Counted from the stretch's first letter, positions 38,071-51,499 are shown. The stretch: 64,000 nt of DNA from Octopus vulgaris (GCA_951406725.2 OX597842.1:15376001-15440000); one strand, 5' to 3'. Made by a program: numbers and translations. Notes: generated by a model not told the origin, from the sequence alone.

Positions 38071-38560
38071 ATGAAAATATAGAGAAACTTAAAGAATCCC
38101 AAGCACTTCTAAATGGACTTGACTTAAATATTCAATTTATGGTTGAATATAGCCAGCAACACCTTACGCCTCTCTCATTAACTGAATCCCCGACGAACAC
38201 TGAGACCGAGAGCGTGTTTTAACGACAAACTACAAAGTGTATACACTATAATCTTTATCAACTACCAACTTCAACCACAATCCGATTCCTGTAAGCCATG
38301 TGTTATAGGGTAATATGTCACAAAGATGGAAAAATAACTAACACCCGATGCTATATTCAGTAGGAAAGATAATATAAGAGCACGCTTGGAGAAACTAGTA
38401 AGTTCATAGCAGAATGCGGTGGAAGGCGTTCCTATATGATAGAAAGAATATATAAGAAGATAAACCATCGAACATGGATGCACATTCAGTAAAATCAAGG
38501 AAAATCCACCGACCAACCAACCAACACATAACCAGGTTCGTGGAGGAAATCTAAGATGTA

Positions 38561-39333
38561 TTGGGTCATTCCATAAATAATGCGGTTTTTTCAATCGAAT
38601 GAACTAAAAAGTCGAAGAGTGCAGTTTGGTTTCAACAGTTATTTTTTCAAAGTTATAATTGAAGTGACGGCATATCTTGCTTTATGAGTTCAATTAAGGC
38701 AACAACGCAACGGAAAACGTGAGGAATAACAATGCATTATATGGGGATTGGACAATAAGTGTAAGCCAGTATCAACGGTGTTTCCAGAAATTCCTAGCCG
38801 GAGACTACAGCATAGGAGACGAGCCTCAACTTTGGAGGATCTGTAGAGCTCGACGAAGCGTCCTGCAAACACTGGGGGAAAAAATCCCATCCTAACCAGT
38901 CAGTAATACCTGCGCTAGAAGAAAAGTGACCATCTTTGATTTCAAAACGAAAGGTGTTCTTCCATCAGGATAATGCTTAGCCAAGTACAGCAAGGATGAC
39001 ATTTCAAAGACTGGAGCAGTTTCAATAGGAAACGATGCCCCACCCACCATATTTGCCGTCGTTGCACCATCTGATAATCATTTATTCCGTAGTCTTTGAA
39101 ATTATTTGGACAGAAAAAATATGAATTCTATAAACGAGGGCAGAACAGTACTGGGGGAGTATTTTTCATAAGGGGCGGGCAAGGAAATTCCGGAAGAGGG
39201 ACCTTGCAATTCTACAAAATAGATAGAACATTGTAGAAAATGAAGGAGAGTATATTCTATATTAAAAACATTTGTCTTAGTTTTGAAAAATAAAGGGAGT
39301 ATAAAAAAGTGCATTATTTATGGGATGACTCAA
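38561..39333 (+). mobile_element. Internally deleted mariner element
   Basis: TA-flanked TIRs ttgggtcattccataaataatgc / gcattatttatgggatgactcaa; FHQDNA and HPPY..APSDNHLFRSL motifs. Confidence 0.9.
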
Positions 39334-39392
39334 TAATCAGAGCATGAAATTCAGAAAGTATCCTCCTAGACAAATGATATTTTTTGATAGTA

Positions 39393-42300
39393 AAATGAAG
39401 TTTGGCTTGCTAATTAACTTATAGGAAGATATAATTGTTGTGATGCTATCACTTTTTATTGGTCAATTCATGAGTTCTTTTGTCTCTATTAGTCCATTTC
39501 GTTATACCTAGTTTTATTACATTTTCATGCTGTTATATATCTATAATTATAGACATATCGTTATAACTCACTAATTACAATAATAATTATATATATAACT
39601 GATGCTACCGATTCACATATTAATGATAATTAAGAGCTCAGGCATTCAAAGCTGATATTATTTCTGTGTGCATTCTTGTAATGATGAGTTTTAAGGTTGG
39701 CGCTTTTGATTAATTTTTTGAATGATGGGCCATATTTTGGGCCACAACCGATTGTGCCCTTTGTTTATCGCCGCAAGAATCGATGCCAGATGGAGAAATA
39801 ATTATAGTTATAAGTCATTTGCATTATTCGGTAGCTTCATAACATCTATGTTAGCTAAGTCTAAAAGCGTTAGCGGTAATACATTTCGGAAACTACATCG
39901 AATTTCCTTTGTCTAGCTTCGTATCATTGTCACCATTGGTCAATGAATGACTTTCTCACTGAGACTACACCGCTGTCATATTGTTTCCCACGGCTTCGCC
40001 TGTAACCCTAGATTGAATGGAAGATGGGTGATACGCTGAGCCAAAGGGCAGCTGTGTTTGCGCCAACAAAGTATTTCCTTATTTGACGTAATCCCTATAT
40101 TTAAAGGCTGTTCCATTGTCCACCGCCTGGTAACCTACCGAATAGTAGATTCTCATTCAAGATTTACACATTCACACACACATTCATTGCCATCCTTAAT
40201 TCGCGAGTCGAGCGAGTATGTCTTGGCAACATATCTAATGCTTTTACTAATTGCTTCAGGTGCCAATGTATTTCCGAGCAGACATAGATACACTTTTATA
40301 TCTCCAACACTAACCCTGACCCAGCTGTCACATCCAACACCTGACTGGGAAACATTTACAACTAAGTAGACTGAATCAACCTTGATCAACGTCGCAAACA
40401 CCGAGCTTAGTTCATGAACTGAACCAATCACATTATGATTGAGCAGCGACATGCTAATCACTGTGTCATATCTTTCACACACGCTGCGGTACTACAAGTA
40501 GAATCTGACACCAACAGCTCAAATGCAGCCCAAATCAATTTTCCCCTCTCATCAACAAGTCACAGGATCCACGCTCAAATCATATCCAGTGCTATGGCAG
40601 TTTTAACACTCAAAACATCTCAGCTCAGATTTAATCTATTGGCTGAAGTAAAGTCACAGAGATGGGAACAGATTGCATTAAATGATAGAATATCATAAAT
40701 GCCTGACAAGAAATTCAAAGTTGTCTCTTGAATAAAGTTCAACATCTTTTTACACAAAAATATCTAAAAATCAAATGATTCTGGCAGCCATAAAGAATAC
40801 TCTTCTGTTTTCTTTTGATCATGAAGGAAGTCACTTTTGAAGAAGAACATCGCTCTAGGAGAAAGTAGATCCCGTGTATATCTAGGACTGAATTTAAAAG
40901 ACATATTTTTTCATTTTAGAACCAGAAAATATTTCAATCCTAACAACTCCCACTTTTTGATGCTTAAGTAACCAAAGTAAGACCACTCTTTGTATTAACA
41001 TTCCATCAGTTATATATTAACCGCTATGTTTAGTTCTTCATCCTCAGAACATCGGCTTCTGGAATGCCCTCCATGTTCTTGTCTTCTTTCCGGTGGGAAT
41101 TTATCTGTAACAATTTAAACGGAGCATTACCATCATCTCTCTCACCCATATCACACAACCAGCGAAATTAATGATCTCTACTCCTTCTTCAAAACGCAGA
41201 AAGTAAAAACAAGTGGGATTTGAACTTAAAATGCAAAGAGCTAGAAAATGTCCATACCAGACCCAGTCCCACATCCCTATATTTGTTCTAGTTCAGTGGC
41301 CTCTTTAAGTACGCAAAACTCCGTAATTTAAGGACGTCCTCGGCTGGATTTTAAGTCAGAATACCGAATGCTAGATTAAATACCACAAGGTGTCATTCAA
41401 CTCGATGACCTACAGGTTCGTCAAATTTTTGACTAAATTATCAATTAAAATTTCTAAATAATATATATCGTATATTCACCATCTGCATATATACCGATTT
41501 CTATTTTATTCAGACAATCCCAAATGTGTAGAGAAGCAAGTGAATTCGCTTGAATCAATCGAATATAGTATTGGCATATTTTATTTAAACTGGAAACTTG
41601 AAATATTTAAAGCCATATAACTTTTTCTACTGTAGACACAAGACCAGAAACTTTGGTGTAAGGAGAATTGATTAGATCGACCCTAGTACGCATCAATTAC
41701 TTAATTTATCGATCCCGAAATGATGAAAGGCAAAGTCGACTTCGGCGGAATTTGAAGTCAGAACGATTAATGCAATATAATACAAATCCTTTAATCTGAA
41801 ATAATACTCAGGAAGAGTCGAACCCTCTCTGTACAATCTAGGATACTTTTCAGTTGAAAAGATCGAGAGATCAGCTAAATCTTAAGCTTAAAGTATTTTG
41901 TAGAATTATAACTAATGTGTTTTTATATCTAAAAAGGTATCGGGTTCATGATATCAACCTAAATTTTACCGATGACGTCTTTAATAAAAATAAGTTTCAT
42001 AATACCGGACTATTTTACATGTTTCATTTACGTAATTTCAGAGTCAGGCAATTTAAGCGGATCTCGTAATTATCTGCAGTTTAATTAGTCTAACAATATC
42101 ACTTTTAATTGTAAACGTAATATAGACATGCAATAATTAACTGTCATTCTGTTACAAAATCAGCTAATATCAATATAACTGTAACAATAAACATCTTCTA
42201 TTTAGGAAATGATGTTGCGAAATGCGGCACCCGGGGGGGGGGGGGGGGCAGACCAGCAAGCCAATTTGATTTAAGTGGTGGAAGTAGGTATATCCGGCCG

Positions 42301-42565
42301 GATTATTTGCGTAATGTGGTTCTTCGTTGCCAGGTTCATTTCGACTCCTCACATGTCATCATTACACCGATGTCTTCGTTGACAAATCCACACTGTATGC
42401 CATTCTTCGTCGTCTGACCTCACACCAATTGTTCACATCACCCAACTCTCATCTCTAACTCTTCCCATCGCCCAACACTTATCCGATTTTTAATTACCTA
42501 CAAGGGTCTAACATAGACGGACAATACGCACATTTGGGGATAATAAACATATGAAAGAACAGAAG
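39393..42565. repeat. Segmental duplication, copy 1
   Basis: 39393-41388 matches 45386-47400; 41444-42565 matches 48383-49289 plus 51500-51605. Confidence 0.92.
41620..41766 (-). mobile_element. Octopod SINE (Nin/Deu-domain-like) fragment; paralog at ~48570-48690
   Basis: gattagatcgaccctagtacg...tttatcgatcccgaaatgatgaaaggcaaagtcgac. Confidence 0.75.
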
Positions 42566-43248
42566 AATAAGAAAAAGAAGAAAAAGAAGAAAAAGAAGAA
42601 GAAGAAGAAGAAGAAGAAGAAGAAGAAGAAGAAGAAGAAGAAGAAGAAGAAGAAAAATGAGGAAGAGCAGAACGATAAGATGTAGAGTAAGAGAAAGAAA
42701 AACAAGAATGGTAGGACAAAAACAACATCAAATCAACAACATTAAAACAATAATAGAGGAAGTAGAAGAAGAAAACGGAGACGAAGAATATGTAGATGGA
42801 GATAATAACTAATATGATGAATCGAAGGAAATGAAGATGAAGTGGAAGTAGAAGTCAAAGAAGAGGAGGAAGGAGATGAAGAATAAGTCGGAGAAGAAAA
42901 GAAGAAGAAAGGAACAAGAATAAGTCCAAGAAGAATTTTATAAATGAGTTTTATAAATGACGTAGTTCTAAATGTACAAAAGCCATCGGTATTGAAGCAT
43001 GTTATTTAGCGTAAACACCAGACCTAATATCCATACCGAATGATAGACACAGGTGAATAGGGATTTGTATGTTTATAGTGATGATGAACATGGTATTGAT
43101 GCTGATGATGTTGGTGGTGAAGTTTCTCTTGTCGATGATGATGAACATATAATACCGTGTGAAAGGAAAATGACGAGAGTGAGCGAAATTACAAACATGG
43201 AAATATATCGACAATGATATACTATAAATGAAGATTGATTTAACTTAC

Positions 43249-43320
43249 AGTTCAGTTAAATTGGTCAAATATTGGAAGGTTTCTGGTTTGATTTCAGTTA
43301 AATGATTATTGTTCAAATTC
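43249..43320 (-). CDS. LRR exon 1 (72 nt): NLNNNHLTEIKPETFQYLTNLTEL
   Basis: Acceptor ttttatgttccag and donor GTAAGTTA. Exactly 72 nt, phase 2-2, matches LxLxxNxLxxIxxxxFxxLxxLxxL. Confidence 0.93.
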
Positions 43321-43938
43321 CTGGAACATAAAATTGAGTCAAGATGAAACTTTATGGAACAGGTTTTTGGAAGTATATAACATATTTCGAGTAAGGAATT
43401 AAACTATGGAAATCAGGAAGAGTTGATTACGGTTCTGTTGAAATTGATAATGACGATGATGATGATGTTCAAGTGGGTGCAACTAACTGCGGTTGTCTAT
43501 GGTAATGAATAAAGTTGATGATGAACCTGACAATGTTGACGGCTGAGAGAAAGAATCATGTTGCGGAGAATAATCTCAGTAATAATGATGGGAACGAAGA
43601 ATGTTTCGGGGACCACTACCCTGGGATGATCATGAAGCAAGCAAGCGTGTGTTTATGCACGCACGAGTGTATGTAAGCATGTGTGTATGTATGTGTTTTT
43701 CTGTATGCACGTGTGTGTTACCTCAATAGTTGAACATGAAGAACGAAGAATATTACATCTTCATAATTTATTTGTTGAGGCATTTTCTTCATATTACATT
43801 CATTGGTTAATCAGCCCAAGATTTCCTCAGGATGCTAAAAAGTATCTGCTCGGATTTGAAATCCCTATTCCATTACGTTACATATGTGTGTGTGTGTGTG
43901 GCTGTGTGTATATAGGTATGTATATGCATATGTATATA

Positions 43939-44826
43939 CGAGGGGATACACAAAAGTAACAGTAAATGTTCTCTGTAAGACAAACCCGTTGTAGTTCGGG
44001 TTTCCGTCGCTAAACTCCACTTGATGCGACTGTCAGGCATCAGTCCGCCAACCGGCGTTATCCGCTAGTGTTGTACTGCCGCGTAGTTCGTCTTTGTTTT
44101 GACGTGTTTCTGCTCAGTTCGTATGTTTTTTGCAATGGCTGGAACGAAGGAACATTGTGCTTCTGTGAAATTCTGTTTACTGCTGCTGAAAACTGCAGAT
44201 GAAACAATTTTCATGCATCCAATCACAAGGATGATGCAATGGGCAAAGCACAAGTTAATGAATGGTTTTCACGATTTAGGAATGGTCACTTGTCGCTTGA
44301 AAACCAACCTCATTCATGACAACCGTCGACCTCACGAACGTCATGAAAATTCATGATCTGATCCTGGAGGACCGTCACTGAGCAATTGATGAAATTTTTA
44401 AAATGTCGGTTTTGCCCTGGAGCTCCTGCCAATGAATTTTGTGCATGGAATTGTGAATGAAAAGCGTTCCAGCAAAATCTGTGCCTCGTTTGCTCACGGA
44501 ATGTCAAAAACAGTCACGGCGGAATGCGTGTCGTTAGCTAGAAGAACGGTTATGAGGTAATCCGAAAGTTTTTTCGAAGGTCATCACTGGTGACGAAAGC
44601 TGGTACTACGGAAGTTGAAGATGTGTAAGTGAGGAAAGAAAACGATGGGGGCATTAAAAAGCATCACTTCGGAATAGGTCCAACACGGATTCCAGGGGCT
44701 GAAAAGGCGCCTGGAACGATGCATTGATTAAAATGGAGAATACTTTGAACACAATAAATGTGTAAATATGTAAAACTAAGTGAATAATATATTTCAAAAT
44801 TACGGTTTCTTTTGGGCACCCCCTCG
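43939..44826 (+). mobile_element. Internally deleted mariner element
   Basis: TIRs cgagggg.tacacaaaagtaac / gtttcttttgggcacccctcg; EHCASVKFCLLLLKTADET and VITGDESWYYG motifs. Confidence 0.88.
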
Positions 44827-45385
44827 TTTGTATGTACACACAAGCGGCTAAGGCCGAGCTGCCCTGGGATTGTTAATACCTAAAATAGATATCATCTCAT
44901 CATTTCTTTATATTTTGGGTAAACCGTTGTTTAAAACATGCCAAGATGCCAAAAATCCTCAGTTTGTCTGTGAATATTAATTCACTGAGAATTGTAAATA
45001 CACAGAACATAAGAAAAAACTAAAATACAGTTTACCTTTATATTCATTTTTTCTGTGGTATATGTTTTTATAACATACGGTACACATTTTCAAAATATCT
45101 TTAAAGTAGTTGTTTTTCTAACAAGTAAACTTTTACAATGACTAACGTAGTGCTTGAATTATACAACGTTCATATTTCGCCCTTGGTTGCAGACAAGTGG
45201 TGAAGATCTGACATTTGATATTCATGATGTCGGCTGGCAAGCTAAGACTTCATAGATTTTATCTTACAGAATATGGTTTATTGTACTCTGTACCTTATAT
45301 ATCTTCGCCTTTGCAACTATACTTCAAACATAACAAGGTGTTCTACACCCACAACCCTTTAATTACTAGATTTATTTTGATTGTG

Positions 45386-45527
45386 AAATGATGTTAGGCT
45401 TGCTAATCATCATCTTGTAGGGAAGATCTAATTATTGTGTTGTTATCACTTTTCATTAGTCAATTCATGAGTTGTTTTTTCTTTATTGGTCCATTTCGGT
45501 AAACTAAGTTTTATTACACTTTCAAGC

Positions 45528-45570
<43 letters not shown>

Positions 45571-48500
45571 TAGACATATCGTTATATGTCACTAATTACA
45601 ATAATAATTATACATAACTGATGCTACCAATTCACATATTAATGATAATTTAGAGCTAAGGCATTCAATGTTGATATTATTTCTGTGTGCTTGCATTTTT
45701 GTAATGATGAGTTTTAATGTTGGCGCCGTTGATTAATTTTTTAAATGATGGCTATATTTTGGGCCCCAACCAATTGTGCCCTTTGTTTATTCCCGCAAGA
45801 ATCGATGTCGGATGAAGAAATAATTATAGTTATAAGTTATTTGCATTACTCAGTTGCTTCATAACATCTATTTTAGCTAATTCTAAAACCGTTAGTGGTA
45901 ATACTCTTCGGAAACTACATAGAAGTCCCTTTGTCTAGCATTGTATCACTGTCACCCGTGGCCAATGAATGACTTTATCACTGAAACTACACCGCTGTCA
46001 TATTGTTTCCCACAGTTTTGCCTATAACCGTAGACTGAGTGGAAGATGGGTGATACGCTGAGCCAAAGGGCGACTGTGTTTGCGCCTACAAAGTATTTCA
46101 TTATTTGACGTAATCCCTATATTTACAGGCTGTTCCATTGTCCACCGCCTGCTAACCTACCGAATAGTAGATTCTCACTCAAGATTTGCACATTCACACA
46201 CACATTCATCGCCATCCTTAATTCGCGAGTCGAGCGAGTATGTCTTGGCAACATATCTAATGCTTTTACTAATTGCTTCAGGTGCCAATGTATTTCCGAG
46301 CAGTCATAGATACTCTTTTATGTCTCCAACGCTAAACCTAACACAGATGTCGCATCCAACACTTGACTGGTACACATTTACAGCTGAGTAGACTGGATCA
46401 ATCCTGATCAACGTCCCAAACACCGAGCTTAGTTCAAGAACTGAACCAATCACATTATGATCGTGCAGCGACATGCTAATCACTGTGTCATATCTTTCAC
46501 ACACACTGAGGTACTACACGTAGAACCTGATACCAACAGCTCAAATGCAGCCCAAAACAATTTTCCCCTCTCATCAACAAGTCACTGGATCCACGCTCAA
46601 ATCATATCCAGTGTTATGGCAGTTTTAACACTCAAAACATCTCAGCTCAGATTTAATCTATTGGCTGAGGCAAAAGTCACAGAGATGGGAAAATGATAGA
46701 ATATCATAAAATGCCTGACAAGAAGTTGTCAAAGTTGTCTCTTGAATAAAGTCCAACTTCTTTTCACACAAAAACATCTACAAATCTAAGGATTCTGGCA
46801 GACATAAAGAATTCTCTTTTTTTTTCTTTTGATCATGAAGGAAGTCACTTTTGAAGAAGAACATCACTTTAGGAGAAAGTAGATCCCGTGTATATCTAGG
46901 ACTGCATTTAAAAGTAATGTTTCTTCATTTTAGTACCAGAAAATATTTCAATCCTAACAACTTCCACATTTTGACGCTCAAGTAACCAAAGTAAGACCAA
47001 TCTTTTTATTAACATTCCTTCAGTAATATTAACCGCTATGTTTAGTTCTTCATCCTCAGAACATCGGATTCCGGAATGTCCTCCATGTTCCTGTCTTCGT
47101 TCCGGTGGGAATTTATCTGTAACAATTTAAACGGAGCATTACCATCCTCACTCTCAACCATATCACACAACCAGCTTAATTAATGAGCTCTACTCCTTCT
47201 TCGAAAGGTAGGAAGTAAAATCAAGTAGGATTTGAACTTAAAACGCAAAGCGCTAGAATATTTCCATACGAGACCCAGTCCGACATCCCTACACTTTCTC
47301 TAGTCCACTGGCCTCTTTAGGTACGCAAAAAGCCGTAAGTTAAGGACGTCCTCGGCTAGATTTTAAGTCTGAATACCGAATGCCAGATTAAATACCACAA
47401 CTTGCGGAGAATAGTCTCGGTAATAATGATGGCAACGAAGAACGTTTCGGGGACCACTACCCTGGGATGATCATCAAGCAAGCAAGCAAGCGTGTGTTTG
47501 TGCACGCACGTGTGTATGTAAGCATGAGTGTATGTATGTCCTCAGTTTGTGAATGTTAATTCACTGAGGATTGTAAATACACAGAACATAAGAAAAAACT
47601 AAAATACACTTTACTTTTATATATAGGTCCAACACTGATTCCAGTAGCTGAAAAGGGGACTGGAACGATGCATTGATTAAAATGGAGAATACATTGAACA
47701 TAATAAAAGTCTAAATATGTAAAATTTATTGAATAATATAACATTTCAAAATTACTGTTTCTTTTGGGCACCCACTCGTTTGTATGTACACACAAGCGGC
47801 TAAGGCTGAGTTTCCCTGTGATTATTAATACCTAACAAATATCATCTCATCATTTCCTTATATTTAGGGTAAACCGTTGTTTAAAAGATGCTAAGATGCA
47901 ACCAATCCTCAGTTTGTCTCTGAATGTTAATTCACTGAGAATTGTAAATACACAGAACATAAGAAAAAACTAAAATACACTTTACTTTTATATTTATATT
48001 TTCTGTGGTAAATGTTTTAAGAACATACGGTACACATTTTCAAAATATCTTTAAAGTAATTGCTTTTCTAACAAGTAATTTTTTCAATGACTAACGTATA
48101 CAATGTTCTTATTTTGCCCTTGGTTGCAGACAAGTGGTGAAGATCTCACATTTGATATTTAGGATGTCGACTGGCAAGCTAAGACTTCATAGTGTTTATC
48201 TTACAGAATATGGCTTATTGTACTCTGTACCTTCTTCGCCTTTGCAACTATACACCACATAACAAGGTGTTCTACACCCACAACCCTTTAATTACTAGAA
48301 TTATTTTGATTGTGAACTGATGTTAGGCTTGCTGATCATCATCTCGTAGGGAATATTTGATAATTGTGTTGCTATTAAGAAAATTAAAAATGTCTAAATA
48401 ATATATATCGTATATTCACCATCTGCAGGTATGGATTTCTGTTTAATTCGGACAACCCCAAATATGTAAAGAAGTAAGTTAAGTCGCTTGCATCGATCGA

Positions 48501-49289
48501 ATATAGTATTGGAATATTTTATTTAAACTGGAAACTTGAAATGTTTAATGTAATATAATCTGTTCTACCGAAATTTTGGGGGAGGGTGAATCGATTAGAT
48601 CGACACTAGTACGCAACAGGTGCTTAATTTATCGACGCCGAAAGGATGAAAAGCAAAGCCGACTTCGGTGGAATTTGAAGTCATAACGATTAATGCAATA
48701 TAATACAAATCCTTTAATCTGAAATAATACTCAGGAAGAGTCGAACCCACTCTGTACAATCTAGGGTACTTTTCAGTTGAACTGTAACAGAGAGATCAGC
48801 TAAATCTTAAGCTTAACGTATTTTGTAGAATTATAACTAATGTGTTTTTATTTCTAAAAAGGTATCGGGTTCATGATATCAACCTAAATTTTACCGATGA
48901 CGTATTTAATAAAAATAAGTTTCATAATACCGGACTATTGTACATGTTTCATTTACGTAATATCAGATTCAGGCAATTTAAGCGGATCTCGTAATTATCT
49001 GCAGTTTAATTAGTCTAACAATATCACTTTTAATTGTAAACGTAATATAGACATGCAATAATTAACTGTCATTCTGTCACTAAATCAGCTAATATCAATA
49101 TAACTGTAACAATAAATATCTTAAATTTAGGAAATGATGTTGCGAAATGCGGCACCCGGGGGGGCAGCCCAGCAAGCCAATTTGATTAAAGTGAAGGAAG
49201 TAGGCATATCCACACTGTATGCAGTTATTCGTTGTCTGAAAAACTCACGCCAGCTCTTCACATCACCCATCTCTCATCTCTAACTCTTC
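45386..49289. repeat. Segmental duplication, copy 2 (mosaic; also re-duplicates 43560-43700 and 44680-45440)
   Basis: Direct comparison by eye. Confidence 0.9.
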
Positions 49290-50972
49290 GATTTTTTATT
49301 ATCCACCAGGGGCGACGGAGAGGGGACATTACAAAATATTGGGGACATAGAATATTATAATTAATAATATGAAAATGAATTTCAAATGAAAAAATGGTAA
49401 TGTGAAAGCGATGCTAACGGCCCCATCCGCCAGCATCACTTACCTGTCCTTCATCACCCATTTCCAATTACAATTCCTTCCTTTCTTATCACACTCTTCG
49501 TTTCCCTTTCATACTTCTCTATCATTTCATCCTCCATTGTCACTGTCATCCATTTTATACCCTCTTCCTCACACTTCCTCACCAATGTCTCCATAAATTC
49601 ATATTTCAAAACCGCGTAACTACCATCTTCACGTTCGCGCCATAAGTCTTTATGTACCATCCTTTTTGAGTTCTGGGTGTCCCTCTTCCTCGCAACACAT
49701 AAAAAATAGGTCCTGGGACTTTGTTCGTTCTGTGTGTCTGCATTTGTTTTTGTTTTTTTGTAGGTGGGGAGTGGGTGGAATCGCTGTTTGCAGGGGAAGG
49801 ATGGTGTTGGGGTGGGTTGGGGTTTCGTACTGTTTTCTTTTTTCTTTCTTTTTCTTTTTTTTCTCCCTTCTTCCCACTCTTGCTGGATCTCCTCCACTTC
49901 AGTTGCTTCCCTTTCTGTTTGGTTCTCCTTTTCTTTAGTGTCTTCCTCTTTTGGGGGTTCCGCAACGATTTCCTTTTCCTTTGGTGGGGGAGGGCAGTAG
50001 GCTCTTATGTGACCCCTCAGGCCACACTTATAGCACCTGGGCGCCCTGCCTTCTACCCACACTCTCATAATAATGTTCCCTGTTCTTATATTTTCTGTCA
50101 GCCTTTCTATTGTTTCCGCTTCTGTCTGTATATTCATGTCCAAGGTAGCACCTCTCACGCCTTCGTATTTCATAGTGGCGTGGAGGATGTCCACCTTTTT
50201 CTCGTTTCCCTTAATCACCGCTGCCGTTATGTACTCACCCTCTAGGTGTGGAGGTATTCCCTCCACCCTAATTCTCGTAGTTCTCCTGTTTAGGTACGAA
50301 GGTAGTAGGTATACCTTCTCCGTCTTTACCACCTTGGCTGCTATTTTTCTGGCAACATTCTCACTTCTATATTGCACCGTTACAGTTCCATACTCCATTC
50401 CTCTTGTCTGGTAAACAATTTCCTCTCCAGTCTGTTTCATTGGCTCTTCAATAGCTTCCATATTTACTATTTCCACCCTTCTTCCTCCATTCACGTACAC
50501 TCTATATTTGATGGTTCTACGGTTGAACCACTCGCCACGCTTTGCTGGAGGTGACAGCTCGACTTCGCCGTTCTCCTCCTCTTTCATAAAATCCTGGAAG
50601 CCTGGTAATTTAGCCAGGTCCACCTCTTTTTCTTTCGACTTCCTCATTATTCCTGCGTACGTACTTTCCAGCTTCCTGTCCATTTTTTCCACTGCTCTTT
50701 CCAACTCCTCCTCAGATGTCGATAATTCCGACAAACTTTCAAATAAATTCTTCCCGGCCATCTCACCCGTTTGGGAGAGGCGGCTCATAATCACCTCAGA
50801 CCGAAAACGGCCGCCCGAACAGAAACAGTGTAACGCGTAGAACCAGTGTAACGCGAAACCGCATCAACCGACGTTCAAAATTCCACAACAACAACAATTC
50901 ACTTTCTGTTCTTTTTTACCGAATTTTACGAGCGTAAACAAACACGACCGACGTCAACCGAATCTCTGACTC
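49290..50972 (-). mobile_element. Full-length ORF1-only Tx1/L1-like non-autonomous retroelement (~1.7 kb)
   Basis: 5' end gagtcagagattcggttgacgtcggtcgtg, a single ORF, and a ~160-nt 3' UTR ending gcccctggtggataataaaaaa. No ORF2. Confidence 0.82.
49454..50788 (-). CDS. Gag-like ORF1 protein with CCHC zinc knuckle (444 aa from ATG)
   Basis: Uninterrupted ORF with RRM-like TTRIRVEGIPP, EGRAPRCYKCGLRGHIRAYC and basic RKKRKRKKK. Confidence 0.88.
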   Translation of the reverse strand: MSRLSQTGEMAGKNLFESLSELSTSEEELERAVEKMDRKLESTYAGIMRKSKEKEVDLAKLPGFQDFMKEEENGEVELSPPAKRGEWFNRRTIKYRVYVNGGRRVEIVNMEAIEEPMKQTGEEIVYQTRGMEYGTVTVQYRSENVARKIAAKVVKTEKVYLLPSYLNRRTTRIRVEGIPPHLEGEYITAAVIKGNEKKVDILHATMKYEGVRGATLDMNIQTEAETIERLTENIRTGNIIMRVWVEGRAPRCYKCGLRGHIRAYCPPPPKEKEIVAEPPKEEDTKEKENQTEREATEVEEIQQEWEEGRKKRKRKKKENSTKPQPTPTPSFPCKQRFHPLPTYKKTKTNADTQNEQSPRTYFLCVARKRDTQNSKRMVHKDLWREREDGSYAVLKYEFMETLVRKCEEEGIKWMTVTMEDEMIEKYERETKSVIRKEGIVIGNG

Positions 50973-51499
50973 TTTCTTTCTTTAGTACCCACTAGGGGCG
51001 ACACAGAGGGGACACCACAAGACATTGGGGACATAGAACATTATAATTAAATTTATGAACAATGAATTATTAAATGAAAAAATGATAATATGAAAGCGAT
51101 GCTAACGGCCCCATCCGCTAGCATCACTTACCTGTCCTTTGGTTGCTAATCGCACACAAATATTCCTCGTTCAGTTCCAATAACAAAACCTTTCATCTGC
51201 ATTCCTCCAAATCTCTCATGGTTTCTTCCATCATTCTCACCTCCTTCACTTCCCAATCCTCCCTTTCCCACTTTCTCATCAAATCGTCCAGTCGCTCCTT
51301 TCCAATCACTGCATACCTCATATGTCCTCTCTCACACCATTTCAATTCCTCCAATGTCTTTCCCATTTTTGCCTTTCCTCTCATCAATACAATGTTTGGC
51401 CTGGCTTCTTGTTTCGTGTCTTGTTTGTGTGCATCTTTTTTTTCTGTTTTCTTGTTGGAGGGGAAAGGGTGGGTTCACTGTCTGCAGGGATAGGGTGGG
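50973..51499 (-). mobile_element. 5'-truncated sister ORF1-only element
   Basis: 3' UTR nearly identical to 49290-49450; ORF1 C-terminus diverged. Confidence 0.8.

Noticed and set aside
42213-42475. Possible solo LTR starting TGTTGCG (also ~49138), with a candidate end cgtaaca near 53310
   Set aside because: No matching target-site duplication and no internal LTR-element sequence were found, so it is left unclassified.
49454-50794. 446-aa ORF as a host gene or domesticated gag
   Set aside because: It is bounded by a retroelement 5' end, an A-rich tail and a TSD, and is absent from the duplicated empty site. It is better explained as a mobile ORF1.
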